DNA of 32,000 nt. Source: Horticoccus luteus. Lineage in GTDB: Bacteria > Verrucomicrobiota > Verrucomicrobiia > Opitutales > Opitutaceae. The position numbers and the translations under genes were made by a program. Location of the stretch: positions 930,001-962,000 of the forward strand of contig NZ_CP080507.1 of assembly GCF_019464535.1 (NCBI RefSeq), written 5' to 3'. Below are positions 20,550-30,342 of this stretch, piece by piece (within the stretch, counting starts at the first letter, position 1; every line of letters starts with the position of its first letter). The notes under the pieces are model-generated. The model saw nothing but the letters and a program-made list of their open reading frames with translations, made no database searches and was not told the origin of the DNA.

Positions 20550-20927
20550 ATGCCGACCATCAACCAACTCGTGCGGAAAGGCCGCCGCAAAGTGCGCACC
20601 AAGTCCAAGTCTCCTGCTTTGGACGGAAACCCGTTCCGCCGCGGCGTGTGCGTGCAGGTCATGACCCGCACGCCGAAGAAGCCGAACTCGGCCATTCGTA
20701 AGGTCGCGAAAGTTCGTCTGACCAATGGCAGCGAAGTCATTTCCTACATTCCAGACGAAGGGCATAATCTGCAGGAGCACTCGATCGTCCTGGTGCGCGG
20801 CGGCCGCGTAAAGGATCTCCCTGGCGTTCGCTACCACATCGTGCGTGGCACGTTGGATGCGACCGGCGTGGAAAAGCGTCGTCGCTCGCGGTCGAAGTAT
20901 GGCGTCAAGCGCCCGAAGGCCAAGTAA
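20550..20927 (+). CDS. rpsL: 30S ribosomal protein S12
   Basis: 125 aa, [14 protein letters not shown]...[19 protein letters not shown]...[19 protein letters not shown]. Confidence 0.99.
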   Translation: MPTINQLVRKGRRKVRTKSKSPALDGNPFRRGVCVQVMTRTPKKPNSAIRKVAKVRLTNGSEVISYIPDEGHNLQEHSIVLVRGGRVKDLPGVRYHIVRGTLDATGVEKRRRSRSKYGVKRPKAK

Positions 20928-20955
20928 CATCCGTTTCTCTTAACCTACTTAAGTC

Positions 20956-21429
20956 ATGTCACGTCGTCACAGAGCAGAGAAACGCCACGTCGAACCGGAT
21001 ATTCGCTACAGCAGCCCGTTAGTCGCGCATCTGGTCAACGTCATCATGAAGAGCGGGAAGAAGAATCTCGCCCAGCGCATCGTCTATGGTGCGTTCGAGA
21101 AGGTTTCGGAGAAGCTGGAGAAGGGTGATCCCGTTGATCTCTTGCTGGGTGCGCTGGAAAATGCGCGTCCCCGTCTCGAGGTGAAGAGCCGTCGCGTCGG
21201 TGGTGCGACCTACCAAGTGCCGATCGAAATTTCGTTTGAACGGCAGGAATCTCTGGCGTTGCGCTGGATCGTCGACGCCGCTGGCAGCCGTAAAGGCGTG
21301 CCGATGAAGGACGCTCTCGCGACCGAAATCATCGACGCCTACAATAACACGGGCACGGTGGTTAAGAAGAAGGAAGATACTCACAAGATGGCGCAGGCCA
21401 ATCGCGCCTTCGCCCACCTCCGCTGGTAA
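20956..21429 (+). CDS. rpsG: 30S ribosomal protein S7
   Basis: 157 aa, [20 protein letters not shown]...[17 protein letters not shown]...AFAHLRW. Confidence 0.98.
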   Translation: MSRRHRAEKRHVEPDIRYSSPLVAHLVNVIMKSGKKNLAQRIVYGAFEKVSEKLEKGDPVDLLLGALENARPRLEVKSRRVGGATYQVPIEISFERQESLALRWIVDAAGSRKGVPMKDALATEIIDAYNNTGTVVKKKEDTHKMAQANRAFAHLRW

Positions 21430-21450
21430 GGTTAACCCGCCTCTTTGCTC

Positions 21451-23643
21451 ATGTCTGCTGCCTCTGCACCTGCTATCACTGTCGTTACCGACAAAGCCAA
21501 AGTTTCGCCCGCGAACGCTAAAGATCGTCCGTTCCCGCTCGAATGGACGCGTAACATCGGAATCGCCGCGCATATCGATGCGGGCAAGACCACGACCACT
21601 GAGCGCATTTTGTTTTACTCTGGTGCTGTCCATAAGATGGGCGAAGTGCATGAAGGCACGACGGTGACCGATTGGATGGAGCAGGAACGCGAGCGCGGTA
21701 TCACCATCACCGCGGCCGCTATCTCGTGCGCTTGGAATGCTTCTTGCGGCCCATGGAAGGGGATCAAGCAGCGCATTAATATTATTGATACTCCTGGACA
21801 CGTTGACTTCACCGCTGAAGTCGAGCGTTCGCTCCGGGTGCTCGACGGGGCCGTCGCTGTGTTCGACGCGGTCGCGGGTGTGCAACCCCAATCTGAGACC
21901 GTATGGCGTCAGGCAAACAAGTACAAGGTGCCGCGCATCGCGTTCATCAACAAAATGGACCGCGTCGGAGCGGATTTCCACCGCGCCATTGACGACATCC
22001 GCACCAAGCTTAAGGGCAACGCGCACGCTCTCTTCCTCCCTATCGGCAAAGAAGAGAACTTCACGGGTCTGATCGACCTCGTGCAGATGATCGCTTATAC
22101 CTTCGAAGACTCGAACGACTCTTTGGGCTTGGTTCCGATTACGGGTGAAATCCCCGCTGAGTTGCTCGCTGAGGCCCAGTCCTATCGCGAAAAACTTCTA
22201 GAGGCGGTTTCGGACTTCGATGACGTTATCGCCGAAAAGTATCTCGGCGGTGAGGAAATCAGCGTCGGCGAGTTCATGCTGGCCGTGCGCAAGGCGACGA
22301 TTTCGCTTAATTTCTGCGGCGTCGTTCCTGGCTCGGCCTTCAAAAAGAAAGGCATCCAGCGCCTGCTCGATTGCGTTGTGAATTACCTTCCCAGCCCGAT
22401 CGACGTTCCGCCCATGGCCGGCGAAGATAGCGACGGCAAGCCGGTCGAAGCTCCCGTGGACGATAAAGCGAAGCTTTCCGGCTTGGCGTTCAAACTTTGG
22501 AACGACCCCTTCGTGGGCAAAATCGTTTTTTATCGCGTGTATTCGGGGTTTCTGCCGAAGGGCATGTCGGTCTACAATCCCCGCACGCGGCGCAGTGAAC
22601 GCGTTTCGCGTCTCGTTTTGATGCGGGCCATGGACCGCGAAGAAATCGACAAGGCCTACTGTGGAGATATTTGTGCTCTCGTAGGCGTGAAGGACGTCAT
22701 CACCGGTGACACCCTGTGCGACGAAGATTTTGATATTCGCTTGGAACCGCCGTCTTTCCCAGAGCCGGTTATCTCGATGTCAATCGAGCCGAACTCGAAG
22801 GCCGACCAAGAAAAGATGGGCACAGCGCTCCAACGCCTGGTGGCGGAAGATCCCACCCTGCGTGTCAGCACCGATCCGGATTCCGGCCAGACGATTCTCG
22901 CCGGCATGGGTGAACTTCACCTGGATATCATTCGGGATCGCATGAAGCGCGAGTTCAAGGTCGAGGCGACTTCGGGTAAACCGCAGATTGCCTACCGGGA
23001 AACCGTCCTCAATGCGGCGGAAGGGGAGGGCAAGTTTATCCGCCAGTCAGGCGGCAAGGGCCAATACGGTCACGTCGTGATCAAGCTCGAGCCGAATGAA
23101 AAAGGCAAAGGCGTCGAAGTGGTTAACGAAATCGTGGGTGGCTCGATTCCCAAGGAATTCATCAAGCCTGCCACCGAAGGAATTCTCGAAGGATGTAACA
23201 ATGGTGTCGTCGCCGGCCACCCGGTGGTTGATGTCATCATCCGCATCGTCGACGGTTCATTCCATGAAGTCGACTCGTCGGAACTCGCGTTCAAAATGGC
23301 CGGCATCTTCGCTTTTAAGGATGCGATGAAGAAGGCGAACCCGATCTTGCTCGAGCCGATCATGGGCGTCGAAGTGACCACCCCGGAAGAATATCAGGGC
23401 GATCTCATCGGCGACATCAACCGCCGCCGTGGAAGCATCCAAGGCATCGAAAACAAGGCCGGCGCCTGTGTTATCACCTCCGTTGTACCGCTCGAAATGC
23501 TTTTTGGTTATGTAACAGATATTCGCTCCCTTTCCAAGGGACGCGCTTCTGCCGCCATCTCGCCGTCACATTTCGAGCAGGTGCCAAATTCACTTCTCGC
23601 CAAGATTGTCGAGACCTCGTCGAAGGCTCCGGCCCGCAGCTAA
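21451..23643 (+). CDS. fusA: translation elongation factor G
   Basis: I prefer the ATG at 21451 over the track's TTG at 21445. 730 aa with NIGIAAHIDAGKTTTTERILFYSG, DTPGHVDFT and NKMDRVGADF motifs. About 22 extra N-terminal residues precede the conserved RNIGI block. Confidence 0.98.
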   Translation: MSAASAPAITVVTDKAKVSPANAKDRPFPLEWTRNIGIAAHIDAGKTTTTERILFYSGAVHKMGEVHEGTTVTDWMEQERERGITITAAAISCAWNASCGPWKGIKQRINIIDTPGHVDFTAEVERSLRVLDGAVAVFDAVAGVQPQSETVWRQANKYKVPRIAFINKMDRVGADFHRAIDDIRTKLKGNAHALFLPIGKEENFTGLIDLVQMIAYTFEDSNDSLGLVPITGEIPAELLAEAQSYREKLLEAVSDFDDVIAEKYLGGEEISVGEFMLAVRKATISLNFCGVVPGSAFKKKGIQRLLDCVVNYLPSPIDVPPMAGEDSDGKPVEAPVDDKAKLSGLAFKLWNDPFVGKIVFYRVYSGFLPKGMSVYNPRTRRSERVSRLVLMRAMDREEIDKAYCGDICALVGVKDVITGDTLCDEDFDIRLEPPSFPEPVISMSIEPNSKADQEKMGTALQRLVAEDPTLRVSTDPDSGQTILAGMGELHLDIIRDRMKREFKVEATSGKPQIAYRETVLNAAEGEGKFIRQSGGKGQYGHVVIKLEPNEKGKGVEVVNEIVGGSIPKEFIKPATEGILEGCNNGVVAGHPVVDVIIRIVDGSFHEVDSSELAFKMAGIFAFKDAMKKANPILLEPIMGVEVTTPEEYQGDLIGDINRRRGSIQGIENKAGACVITSVVPLEMLFGYVTDIRSLSKGRASAAISPSHFEQVPNSLLAKIVETSSKAPARS

Positions 23644-23664
23644 ACCCGTTCTTTCCCTCACGCC

Positions 23665-23973
23665 ATGAAAGGCCAACGCATCCGCATCAAGCTTCAAGGC
23701 TTCGACTATCGAGTCATCGATCAGTCTGCCTCGGAGATCGTCGAGACCGCCAAGCGCTCCGGCGCCCGCGTCTCCGGGCCCATCCCGCTGCCGACCCGAA
23801 TTGACAAGCTCTCCGTCAACCGCTCCCCGCACGTCGATAAGAAGTCGATGGAGCAGTTCGAAACGCGCACTCACAAGCGCCTCATTGATATTATCGAGCC
23901 GACCGCGCAAACGGTCGATGAACTGAAAAAGCTCAACCTCCCTTCAGGCGTCGATATCACCATTAACGTTTGA
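23665..23973 (+). CDS. rpsJ: 30S ribosomal protein S10
   Basis: 102 aa, [44 protein letters not shown]. Confidence 0.98.
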   Translation: MKGQRIRIKLQGFDYRVIDQSASEIVETAKRSGARVSGPIPLPTRIDKLSVNRSPHVDKKSMEQFETRTHKRLIDIIEPTAQTVDELKKLNLPSGVDITINV

Positions 23974-24078
23974 ATCCATAAGTCCACAGTTAGCAGTTGC
24001 TCACGTGCGCCCGCGCACCGCTGAGCCCCTTCTAATGTAGGTCCTTAAACGGAAACCCTTCCACCTACCGCTTAGCCC

Positions 24079-24729
24079 ATGATCTCGGAAATTTTAGGCA
24101 AAAAACTCGGCATGACGCAGGTCTACGACGCGCAAAACGTCCTAGTCCCCGTCACCGTGGTCGAAGCCGGCCCATGCCCGGTTGTGCAGGTCAAAACGAC
24201 CGCCACTGACGGCTACAATGCCGTGCAACTCGGCTTCTCTGCTTTAAAGGCGAAAAACGCCTCGAAGGCCGAAAAAAGTCACGCGGCGAAAGCCGGCCTC
24301 AGCGCCGCGCCCCGCGTTCTCAGCGAAGTTCGCCTGGACGACGCCCCCTCCGTGAAGGTCGGCGATGTCGTGACAGTCGAGAACTTCAAGGAAGGCCAGC
24401 TTGTTGACGTCATTGGCGTTACCAAGGGCAAAGGCTTCCAAGGCGTCGTTAAACGTTTTCGCGTCGCTGGCGGTCCTGCCGCGCACGGCTCGATGTTTCA
24501 CCGCCGGATTGGTTCGGTTGGTATGCGCCAGACCCCCGGGCGGGTGTGGAAGAACCAAGCCATGCCGGGCCACATGGGCAGCGAGAAACGCACCATGCAA
24601 AACCTTCGCGTGGTGAAAATCATCGCGGACAAGAATCTGATCCTCGTGCGGGGTGCGATTCCTGGAGCAAATGGTGACGATGTTGTCGTGCGCACCGCGA
24701 TCAAGGGCCAGCCCCGGTCGGCGCAGTGA
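24079..24729 (+). CDS. rplC: 50S ribosomal protein L3
   Basis: 216 aa, ILGKKLGMTQVYD...VTKGKGFQGVVKRF...HGS.FHRRIGSVG. Confidence 0.98.
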   Translation: MISEILGKKLGMTQVYDAQNVLVPVTVVEAGPCPVVQVKTTATDGYNAVQLGFSALKAKNASKAEKSHAAKAGLSAAPRVLSEVRLDDAPSVKVGDVVTVENFKEGQLVDVIGVTKGKGFQGVVKRFRVAGGPAAHGSMFHRRIGSVGMRQTPGRVWKNQAMPGHMGSEKRTMQNLRVVKIIADKNLILVRGAIPGANGDDVVVRTAIKGQPRSAQ

Positions 24730-24746
24730 CCAAGAGGAGATAACCC

Positions 24747-25379
24747 ATGAAGCTTAAAGTTTTCAGTGCCGATGGCACCCAAAGCCGCGAACAGGAGTTC
24801 GGGCTGCCCACATTCGACGGAGACAAAGGCCTCCAAGCGGTGAAGGAAGTGATCGTTGCGATCAATGCCAACAACCGCCAAGGCACGCATTCGACCAAAA
24901 CCCGCGGCGAAGTTCGCGGCGGCGGCAAGAAGCCCTGGCGCCAAAAGGGCACCGGCCGCGCTCGGGCTGGTTCTATTCGCTCGCCCTTGTGGGTCGGCGG
25001 TGGCGTGGTGTTTGGCCCCAAGCCCCGCGACTACTCGAAGAAGATTAACGGCAAGGTGAAGCAACTCGCCTTCAGTCGTGCTCTTTTCGATCGCGCGTCT
25101 GCGGGAGAAATTACGGTGATCGACCAGTTTTCTCCGGCGCAGCCGAAGACCAAACTGGTTAACGAAATCGTCGGCCGCATTGCGCCGACAGGGAAGGTGC
25201 TGCTCGTGGATGCACCGTTCGCGGCCGACACGCTGCGGGCTGCGCGCAACATTCAACGCGTTTCCCTTCAGGAGGCCGCCAAACTCAACACTCTCGATCT
25301 CGCGCAATACAAGACCATCATTGTGAGCACCAAGGCGCTCGAAGCGATCATCGCCCGCGTCAATGGAGGGAAGAACTGA
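24747..25379 (+). CDS. rplD: 50S ribosomal protein L4
   Basis: 210 aa, ...TKTRGEVRGGGKKPWRQKGTGRARAGSIRSPLWVGGGVVFGPKPRDYS. AGGAG lies upstream. Confidence 0.98.
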   Translation: MKLKVFSADGTQSREQEFGLPTFDGDKGLQAVKEVIVAINANNRQGTHSTKTRGEVRGGGKKPWRQKGTGRARAGSIRSPLWVGGGVVFGPKPRDYSKKINGKVKQLAFSRALFDRASAGEITVIDQFSPAQPKTKLVNEIVGRIAPTGKVLLVDAPFAADTLRAARNIQRVSLQEAAKLNTLDLAQYKTIIVSTKALEAIIARVNGGKN

Positions 25380-25660
25380 TGCAAGCCGACAAAGTACTTA
25401 AACTCGTCCGTTTGACGGAGAAGTCGAACAAGCTCAGTTCTGAGCTCGGCCAATATACCTTCGAGGTTTACGGCAACGCCACCAAACACACCATCGCGCA
25501 AGCCGTTGAGCAGACCTTTAAGGTCACTGTCCGGCGCGTGAACGTCCAAAACTATCGCGGCAAAAACAAGAAGAGCCGCACCGGCCGCCCGAGCGTCGCC
25601 TCCGATTTCAAAAAGGCGATCGTGACGCTCAAGGCCGGCGACAAGATCGAGCTCGTTTAA
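25379..25660 (+). CDS. rplW: 50S ribosomal protein L23
   Basis: 93 aa. The start overlaps the rplD stop (TGATG). Sequence includes LVRLTEKSNKLSSELGQYTFEV...A.KHTIAQAVEQTFKVTVRRVNV. Confidence 0.96.
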   Translation: MQADKVLKLVRLTEKSNKLSSELGQYTFEVYGNATKHTIAQAVEQTFKVTVRRVNVQNYRGKNKKSRTGRPSVASDFKKAIVTLKAGDKIELV

Positions 25661-25688
25661 CACGATCGTCGCACCGGAGTAATCCACC

Positions 25689-26555
25689 ATGCCTATCAAA
25701 CCTTTTCGTCCCCTGACGCCCTCGCAGCGCTTCACCTCCCTCAGCAAACATGAGGGATTGTCGAAGAAGCGCCCGGAGCGTGCATTGACCGAGCCCAAGC
25801 CGAAGACCGGCGGGCGCAATGCCTATGGCCGCATCACCTCGCGTCATCGCGGCGGTGGCCACAAGCAGCTCTACCGGATCGTTGATTTCAGACGCGATAT
25901 TCTCGATATGCCGGCCCGGGTGCAGGCACTGGAATACGATCCGAACCGCACCGCTCATCTCGCCTTGGTGGCTTACGCCAACGGAGAGAAACGCTACATT
26001 CTTGCGCCTAAAGGCCTGAGTGTGGGCGATTCGATTTTCGCGTCTAACAAGGCGTCTCTGAACGACTATAACGTCGGCAACAATTTCCCCTTGGAGATCA
26101 TTCCGGCGTCGACCCGTCTGCATTGTGTTGAGCTCATCCCTGGCCGTGGCGCGCAAATCGCTCGCAGTGCAGGGGCAGGCCTCGAACTCGTGGCAGTGGA
26201 AAACGGCCGTGCCACCATCAAGATGCCTTCAGGCGAACTTCGCTATGTGAACCCGAAATGCCGCGCCACGATTGGCGAAATTGGCAACGGCGACCATGGC
26301 AATCAGTCGCTCGGCAAGGCGGGTCGCAGTCGCTGGCTTGGCATCCGTCCGACCGTGCGCGGCGTGGCCATGAATCCGGTCGATCACCCCAACGGCGGTG
26401 GTCAAGGCAAGTCCAAGGGTGGTGGCGGTCGCCAACAACTCGTCTCCCCGTGGGGCCAGTTGGCGAAGGGCTTCCCAACCCGCCGTCGTTCGAAATCCTC
26501 GAACACGCAGATCATCGTTCACCACAACGGCCGCAAGCCGCGCGGTCAGAAGTAA
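25689..26555 (+). CDS. rplB: 50S ribosomal protein L2
   Basis: 288 aa, ...GRNAYGRITSRHRGGGHKQLYRIVDF...VRGVAMNPVDHPNGGGQGKS. Confidence 0.99.
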   Translation: MPIKPFRPLTPSQRFTSLSKHEGLSKKRPERALTEPKPKTGGRNAYGRITSRHRGGGHKQLYRIVDFRRDILDMPARVQALEYDPNRTAHLALVAYANGEKRYILAPKGLSVGDSIFASNKASLNDYNVGNNFPLEIIPASTRLHCVELIPGRGAQIARSAGAGLELVAVENGRATIKMPSGELRYVNPKCRATIGEIGNGDHGNQSLGKAGRSRWLGIRPTVRGVAMNPVDHPNGGGQGKSKGGGGRQQLVSPWGQLAKGFPTRRRSKSSNTQIIVHHNGRKPRGQK

Positions 26556-26573
26556 TCCCAGCCCTCTCGCACC

Positions 26574-26849
26574 ATGGCTCGCTCCATCAAAAAAGGCTTT
26601 TTCGTCGACTATCACCTGCTCGAGAAGATCGAGAAGGCGACTAAGGCAGGCACGCACCGGCCCATTCAAACCTGGTCCCGGCGCTCGACGATCACACCCG
26701 ATTTCGTCGGACATACGTTCAACGTTCACAATGGCAAGGCGTTTGTCGCCGTGTATGTGACGGAGAATATGGTCGGTCACAAACTCGGCGAATTCGCGCC
26801 GACTCGCGTCTTCAAGTCGCACGGCGGCTTGACCCGCAAAGAAATTTAA
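26574..26849 (+). CDS. rpsS: 30S ribosomal protein S19
   Basis: 91 aa, [20 protein letters not shown]...[23 protein letters not shown]. Confidence 0.98.
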   Translation: MARSIKKGFFVDYHLLEKIEKATKAGTHRPIQTWSRRSTITPDFVGHTFNVHNGKAFVAVYVTENMVGHKLGEFAPTRVFKSHGGLTRKEI

Positions 26850-26939
26850 ACCCAACCGCCTCGCATTAATCCAAAAGGGCAGGGCTTGGCCAACGGCCGC
26901 GCCACTGTCGCCGAAATTTTTCGGAATCCCCCCGTCACC

Positions 26940-27281
26940 ATGGAAGTTCAAGCTCTCACCCGCTACGCGCGCATGTCTCCTAAGAAGATGCGTGAAGTGG
27001 CCAACACTATCACGGGCCGCAAGGCTCCTGAAGCCGTCGAATATTTGACGCTTATCCCGCGCAAGTCGGCCCGTCTGATCGTCAAGACGCTCAAGTCCGC
27101 GATCGCGAACGCTGAAAACAATAACAACCTTTCAGCGGACAGCCTGATCGTGAAGACCGCCGTCATTGAAAACGGACCGGTCCTCAAGCGCTTTAAAGCC
27201 GGCGCCCGTGGTTCCGCGATGCCCCGCCGCAAGAAGATGGCTCACATCCGCATCGTCCTCACCGACGGCAGCAACAACTGA
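26940..27281 (+). CDS. rplV: 50S ribosomal protein L22
   Basis: The ATG at 26940 gives MEVQALTRYARMSPKKMREVANTITGRKAPEAVEYLTLIPRKSARLIVKTLKSAIANAENN, which is collinear with L22 from residue 1. The track's TTG start at 26886 adds non-homologous residues. Confidence 0.95.
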   Translation: MEVQALTRYARMSPKKMREVANTITGRKAPEAVEYLTLIPRKSARLIVKTLKSAIANAENNNNLSADSLIVKTAVIENGPVLKRFKAGARGSAMPRRKKMAHIRIVLTDGSNN

Positions 27282-27290
27282 TTCACTCCC

Positions 27291-27923
27291 ATGGGCCAAA
27301 AAACCAATCCTATCGGTTTCCGTCTCGCTGTCCGTCGCAACTGGCAGTCCCGCTGGTATGCCAAGAAGAAGGACATGCCGGCACTCATTCTTGAGGACCA
27401 AGTCATCCGCACGAAGCTGATGGAGAAGCTCAAGCAGGCTTCGGTGCCGCGTATCTTCATCGAGCGCGCCGGTAACCGCGTCCGCGTCAAGATCTACACC
27501 GCCCGCCCGGGCATCGTCATCGGCAAGAAAGGTCAGCTCGTCGAAGAGATGAAAGCCGACCTCGCCAAGATCACCGGGAAGGATGTCCTGCTCGACATCC
27601 AGGAAGTTAAGAAGCCGGAGATCGAAGCTCAACTCGTGGCGGAAAACGTCGCCTTGCAGCTTGAACGCCGCATTGCTTTCCGCCGCGCCATGAAGAAGGC
27701 CGTTGAGATGGCCATGGCCTTGGGCGCTGAAGGCATTCGTATCCAATGCTCCGGTCGCCTCGGCGGCACGGACATCGCCCGCCGTGAATGGCAGCGCAAG
27801 GGCCGTGTGCCCCTGCATACCCTTCGCGAAAATATCGACTACGGCTTTTCGGAAGCCCGGACCCTCTACGGCAAGATCGGCGTCAAGTGCTGGATCTGCA
27901 AAAAAGAGTCCGATAACAACTGA
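27291..27923 (+). CDS. rpsC: 30S ribosomal protein S3
   Basis: 210 aa, [24 protein letters not shown]...KH domain...[13 protein letters not shown]. Confidence 0.98.
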   Translation: MGQKTNPIGFRLAVRRNWQSRWYAKKKDMPALILEDQVIRTKLMEKLKQASVPRIFIERAGNRVRVKIYTARPGIVIGKKGQLVEEMKADLAKITGKDVLLDIQEVKKPEIEAQLVAENVALQLERRIAFRRAMKKAVEMAMALGAEGIRIQCSGRLGGTDIARREWQRKGRVPLHTLRENIDYGFSEARTLYGKIGVKCWICKKESDNN

Positions 27924-27956
27924 TCGTTTCGGACCTCTCAATAGGAGATCATTTCC

Positions 27957-28379
27957 ATGGCTCTCGCTCCCGCCCGTACCAAATACCGCAAGTCCCAGAA
28001 GGGCTCTCTCGCCGGCAATGCCAAGCGTGGCAACACGCTCGCCTTCGGCGAATTCGGCCTCCAATCGCTCACGCGCGGTCCCATGACCGGTCAGCAGATT
28101 GAAGCGGCTCGCGTCACCATCTCGCGTCACCTCAAGCGCAAGGGCAAACTCTGGATTCGCGTGTTTCCGCACAAGCCGATCACAAAGAAGCCCGCCGAAG
28201 TCCGCATGGGCCAGGGCAAAGGTCCCGTCGAATATTACATCGCCCGGATCAAGCCCGGCGCGGTGCTCTTCGAACTCTCCGGTGTCCCTGCGACCGTGGC
28301 GAAGGAAGCTTTCCGCCTGGCCGATGCCAAGGTCCCGTTCCGTTGCCGGTTCATCATGCGCGATGGCGCCCTCGTCTGA
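27957..28379 (+). CDS. rplP: 50S ribosomal protein L16
   Basis: 140 aa, ...[29 protein letters not shown]...[24 protein letters not shown] lies upstream. Confidence 0.98.
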   Translation: MALAPARTKYRKSQKGSLAGNAKRGNTLAFGEFGLQSLTRGPMTGQQIEAARVTISRHLKRKGKLWIRVFPHKPITKKPAEVRMGQGKGPVEYYIARIKPGAVLFELSGVPATVAKEAFRLADAKVPFRCRFIMRDGALV

Positions 28380-28408
28380 GCCTGCCAGCCTTTAACCAAC
28401 GATTAGCC

Positions 28409-28612
28409 ATGACCGCCAAAGAAATCCGCGAACTCGCTCCGGTCGAGATTCAGACCAAGATCCGTGAGACGCGTGAAAAACTCCTTCAACTCCGCCTCCG
28501 CAAACAAACCGGACAGGTCGAGAAAACCCACGAGCTGCGCACGCTGCGCAAGGACGTCGCGCGTCTAGAGACCGTCCTGACCGAGAAAAATAAGAAACCT
28601 GCCGCTGCCTGA
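28409..28612 (+). CDS. rpmC: 50S ribosomal protein L29
   Basis: The ATG at 28409 gives [57 protein letters not shown]. 67 aa. The track start at 28343 lies inside rplP. Confidence 0.95.
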   Translation: MTAKEIRELAPVEIQTKIRETREKLLQLRLRKQTGQVEKTHELRTLRKDVARLETVLTEKNKKPAAA

Positions 28613-28638
28613 GCGCGCCGCCAACCTGATCATCCGCC

Positions 28639-29007
28639 ATGTCCTCCGCCCAACCCGGCCAGCGCAACCAGCGCAAAATTCTTCTCGGCTTCGTGAGCAG
28701 CCGCTCCGGCGATAAGTCCGTCAAGGTCACTGTCGCCTACAAAACGCCGCACCCGCTCTATCACAAGATCGTGAATCGCCAGACCGTTCTCCACGTCCAT
28801 GACGAGAAGAATGAGACCAAGATCGGCGATCAGGTGCAGATCATGGAAACGCGTCCGCTCAGCCGTCTGAAACGCTGGCGCATCCTGAGCATCGTCACCA
28901 AGGCCATCACGTCCGATGCCGTCGCGATCAGCGAGACCGACGTGGCTGCGCAGGTGCCGACCAAGAACTCCACACCCTCCGCCGCGCCCGCCGCGCCGCA
29001 GGCCTAA
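28639..29007 (+). CDS. rpsQ: 30S ribosomal protein S17 with an Ala/Pro-rich C-terminal tail
   Basis: 122 aa. The core [70 protein letters not shown] is typical S17. About 35 extra C-terminal residues follow (...[34 protein letters not shown]). Confidence 0.96.
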   Translation: MSSAQPGQRNQRKILLGFVSSRSGDKSVKVTVAYKTPHPLYHKIVNRQTVLHVHDEKNETKIGDQVQIMETRPLSRLKRWRILSIVTKAITSDAVAISETDVAAQVPTKNSTPSAAPAAPQA

Positions 29008-29036
29008 ACCCAACCTTTATTTTTCAGGAGGTCGCC

Positions 29037-29402
29037 ATGATTCAACTGCGCTCCATTCTCGAAGTCGCCGATAATACCGGCGCCCGCCGCGCTGCCATGA
29101 TCAGCCGCAAGGGTCAGAACACGAATACCGCCGGCGTCGGCGATATTATCACTGTGCACATCAAGGAAAGTAACACGGATGCCACGGTGAAAAAAGGCGA
29201 GGTGGCGAAAGCCGTCGTCGTCCGCACGAAAGCAGCGGTGCGCCGCGCGGATGGCAGTTATCTCCGCTTCGACAGCAACGCCATCGTGATTATCGATGCG
29301 ACCAACAATCCCAAGGGCACCCGGATCTTCGGCCCAGTCGCTCGCGAATTGCGCGCGAAAAACTTCATGAAGATCATCTCGCTCGCGCCGGAGGTTCTCT
29401 AA
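29037..29402 (+). CDS. rplN: 50S ribosomal protein L14
   Basis: 121 aa, [22 protein letters not shown]... AGGAGG lies upstream. Confidence 0.98.
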   Translation: MIQLRSILEVADNTGARRAAMISRKGQNTNTAGVGDIITVHIKESNTDATVKKGEVAKAVVVRTKAAVRRADGSYLRFDSNAIVIIDATNNPKGTRIFGPVARELRAKNFMKIISLAPEVL

Positions 29403-29403
29403 A

Positions 29404-29667
29404 ATGAAGAAGTTTCACATCAAACGCGGTGACCAAGTGGTCGTTCTCGCCGGCAGCCAAAAAGGCAAGTCCGGCAAAGTCCTTGAGCTCCTTTCGGCCA
29501 AGCAACGTGCGCGGGTCGAAGGCTTGGCGATGATCAAGCGTCACGAGAAGAAATCTGAGCAGAACCCGCAAGGTGCCATTACGGAGCGCGAAGGCTCCAT
29601 TCACGTTTCAAATCTGATGCTTAAGTCAGTGTTTGACGCCAGCAAGCGCCGCACGCCGGCCGCTTAA
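29404..29667 (+). CDS. rplX: 50S ribosomal protein L24
   Basis: 87 aa with KOW motif KRGDQVVVLAGSQKGKSGKVLEL. Starts 1 nt after the rplN stop. Confidence 0.96.
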   Translation: MKKFHIKRGDQVVVLAGSQKGKSGKVLELLSAKQRARVEGLAMIKRHEKKSEQNPQGAITEREGSIHVSNLMLKSVFDASKRRTPAA

Positions 29668-29740
29668 GCGAAAGCGCGCTTGCCAAAGGGCGGCTGCGCC
29701 TGCGTTAATTAATCTTTTCCCTATTTCACACACTCACTAC

Positions 29741-29765
29741 GCCGCCGGGTCGGAAATCCGGTGGC
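29741..29765 (+). promoter_or_regulatory. hairpin immediately upstream of the rplE start codon
   Basis: GCCGCCGG (29741-29748) / CCGGTGGC (29758-29765) forms 8 bp with one G:T wobble; 9-nt loop GTCGGAAAT. It ends 7 nt before the ATG at 29773. Confidence 0.35.
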
Positions 29766-29772
29766 TCCTTCC

Positions 29773-30342
29773 ATGAGCAAAGTCCCCAGTCTAAAGAAAC
29801 TCTACACCGAGCAGGTTGTGCCCGAGCTCGTGAAGAGCCGTGGTTACAAAAATCATCATCAGGTGCCGAAGGTCACAAAAGTCGTGATCAACACCGGCAT
29901 TGATGCCGACGCCGACAAAAACCAGATCACTGACATCCAGCGGGATATCGGTCTGATCACTGGGCAAAAGGCAGTGCTCACGAAGTCGCGCAAAGCGATC
30001 GCGAATTTCAAGCTCCGCCAAGGCCAGGTTGTGGGTTCCTTTGTGACCCTTCGTGGCAACAGCATGTGGGAATTTCTGCAGCGCCTCATCGCCGTCGCCC
30101 TCCCGACCATCCGCGACTTTCGCGGAATCTCGCCGAAGCTTGATGGCCAGGGCAACTACAACTTGGGCGTGAGCGATCACACCATCTTCCCGGAGATCAC
30201 GGTCGAGAACGTCAAAAAGCACATGGGTCTCGACATTACGATCGTGACCACAGCGCTGAACGATGACGAAGGCCGGGAACTTCTCCGCCTCCTCGGCATG
30301 CCTTTCCGGCGCACCGAGCCGGCCAAAGTCGCCGCCGCTTAA
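29773..30342 (+). CDS. rplE: 50S ribosomal protein L5
   Basis: I prefer the ATG at 29773 over the track's GTG at 29761. 189 aa, LKKLYTEQVVPELVKSRGYKNHHQVPKVTKVVINTGI...FRGISPKLDGQGNYNLGVSDHTIFPEI. Confidence 0.96.
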   Translation: MSKVPSLKKLYTEQVVPELVKSRGYKNHHQVPKVTKVVINTGIDADADKNQITDIQRDIGLITGQKAVLTKSRKAIANFKLRQGQVVGSFVTLRGNSMWEFLQRLIAVALPTIRDFRGISPKLDGQGNYNLGVSDHTIFPEITVENVKKHMGLDITIVTTALNDDEGRELLRLLGMPFRRTEPAKVAAA

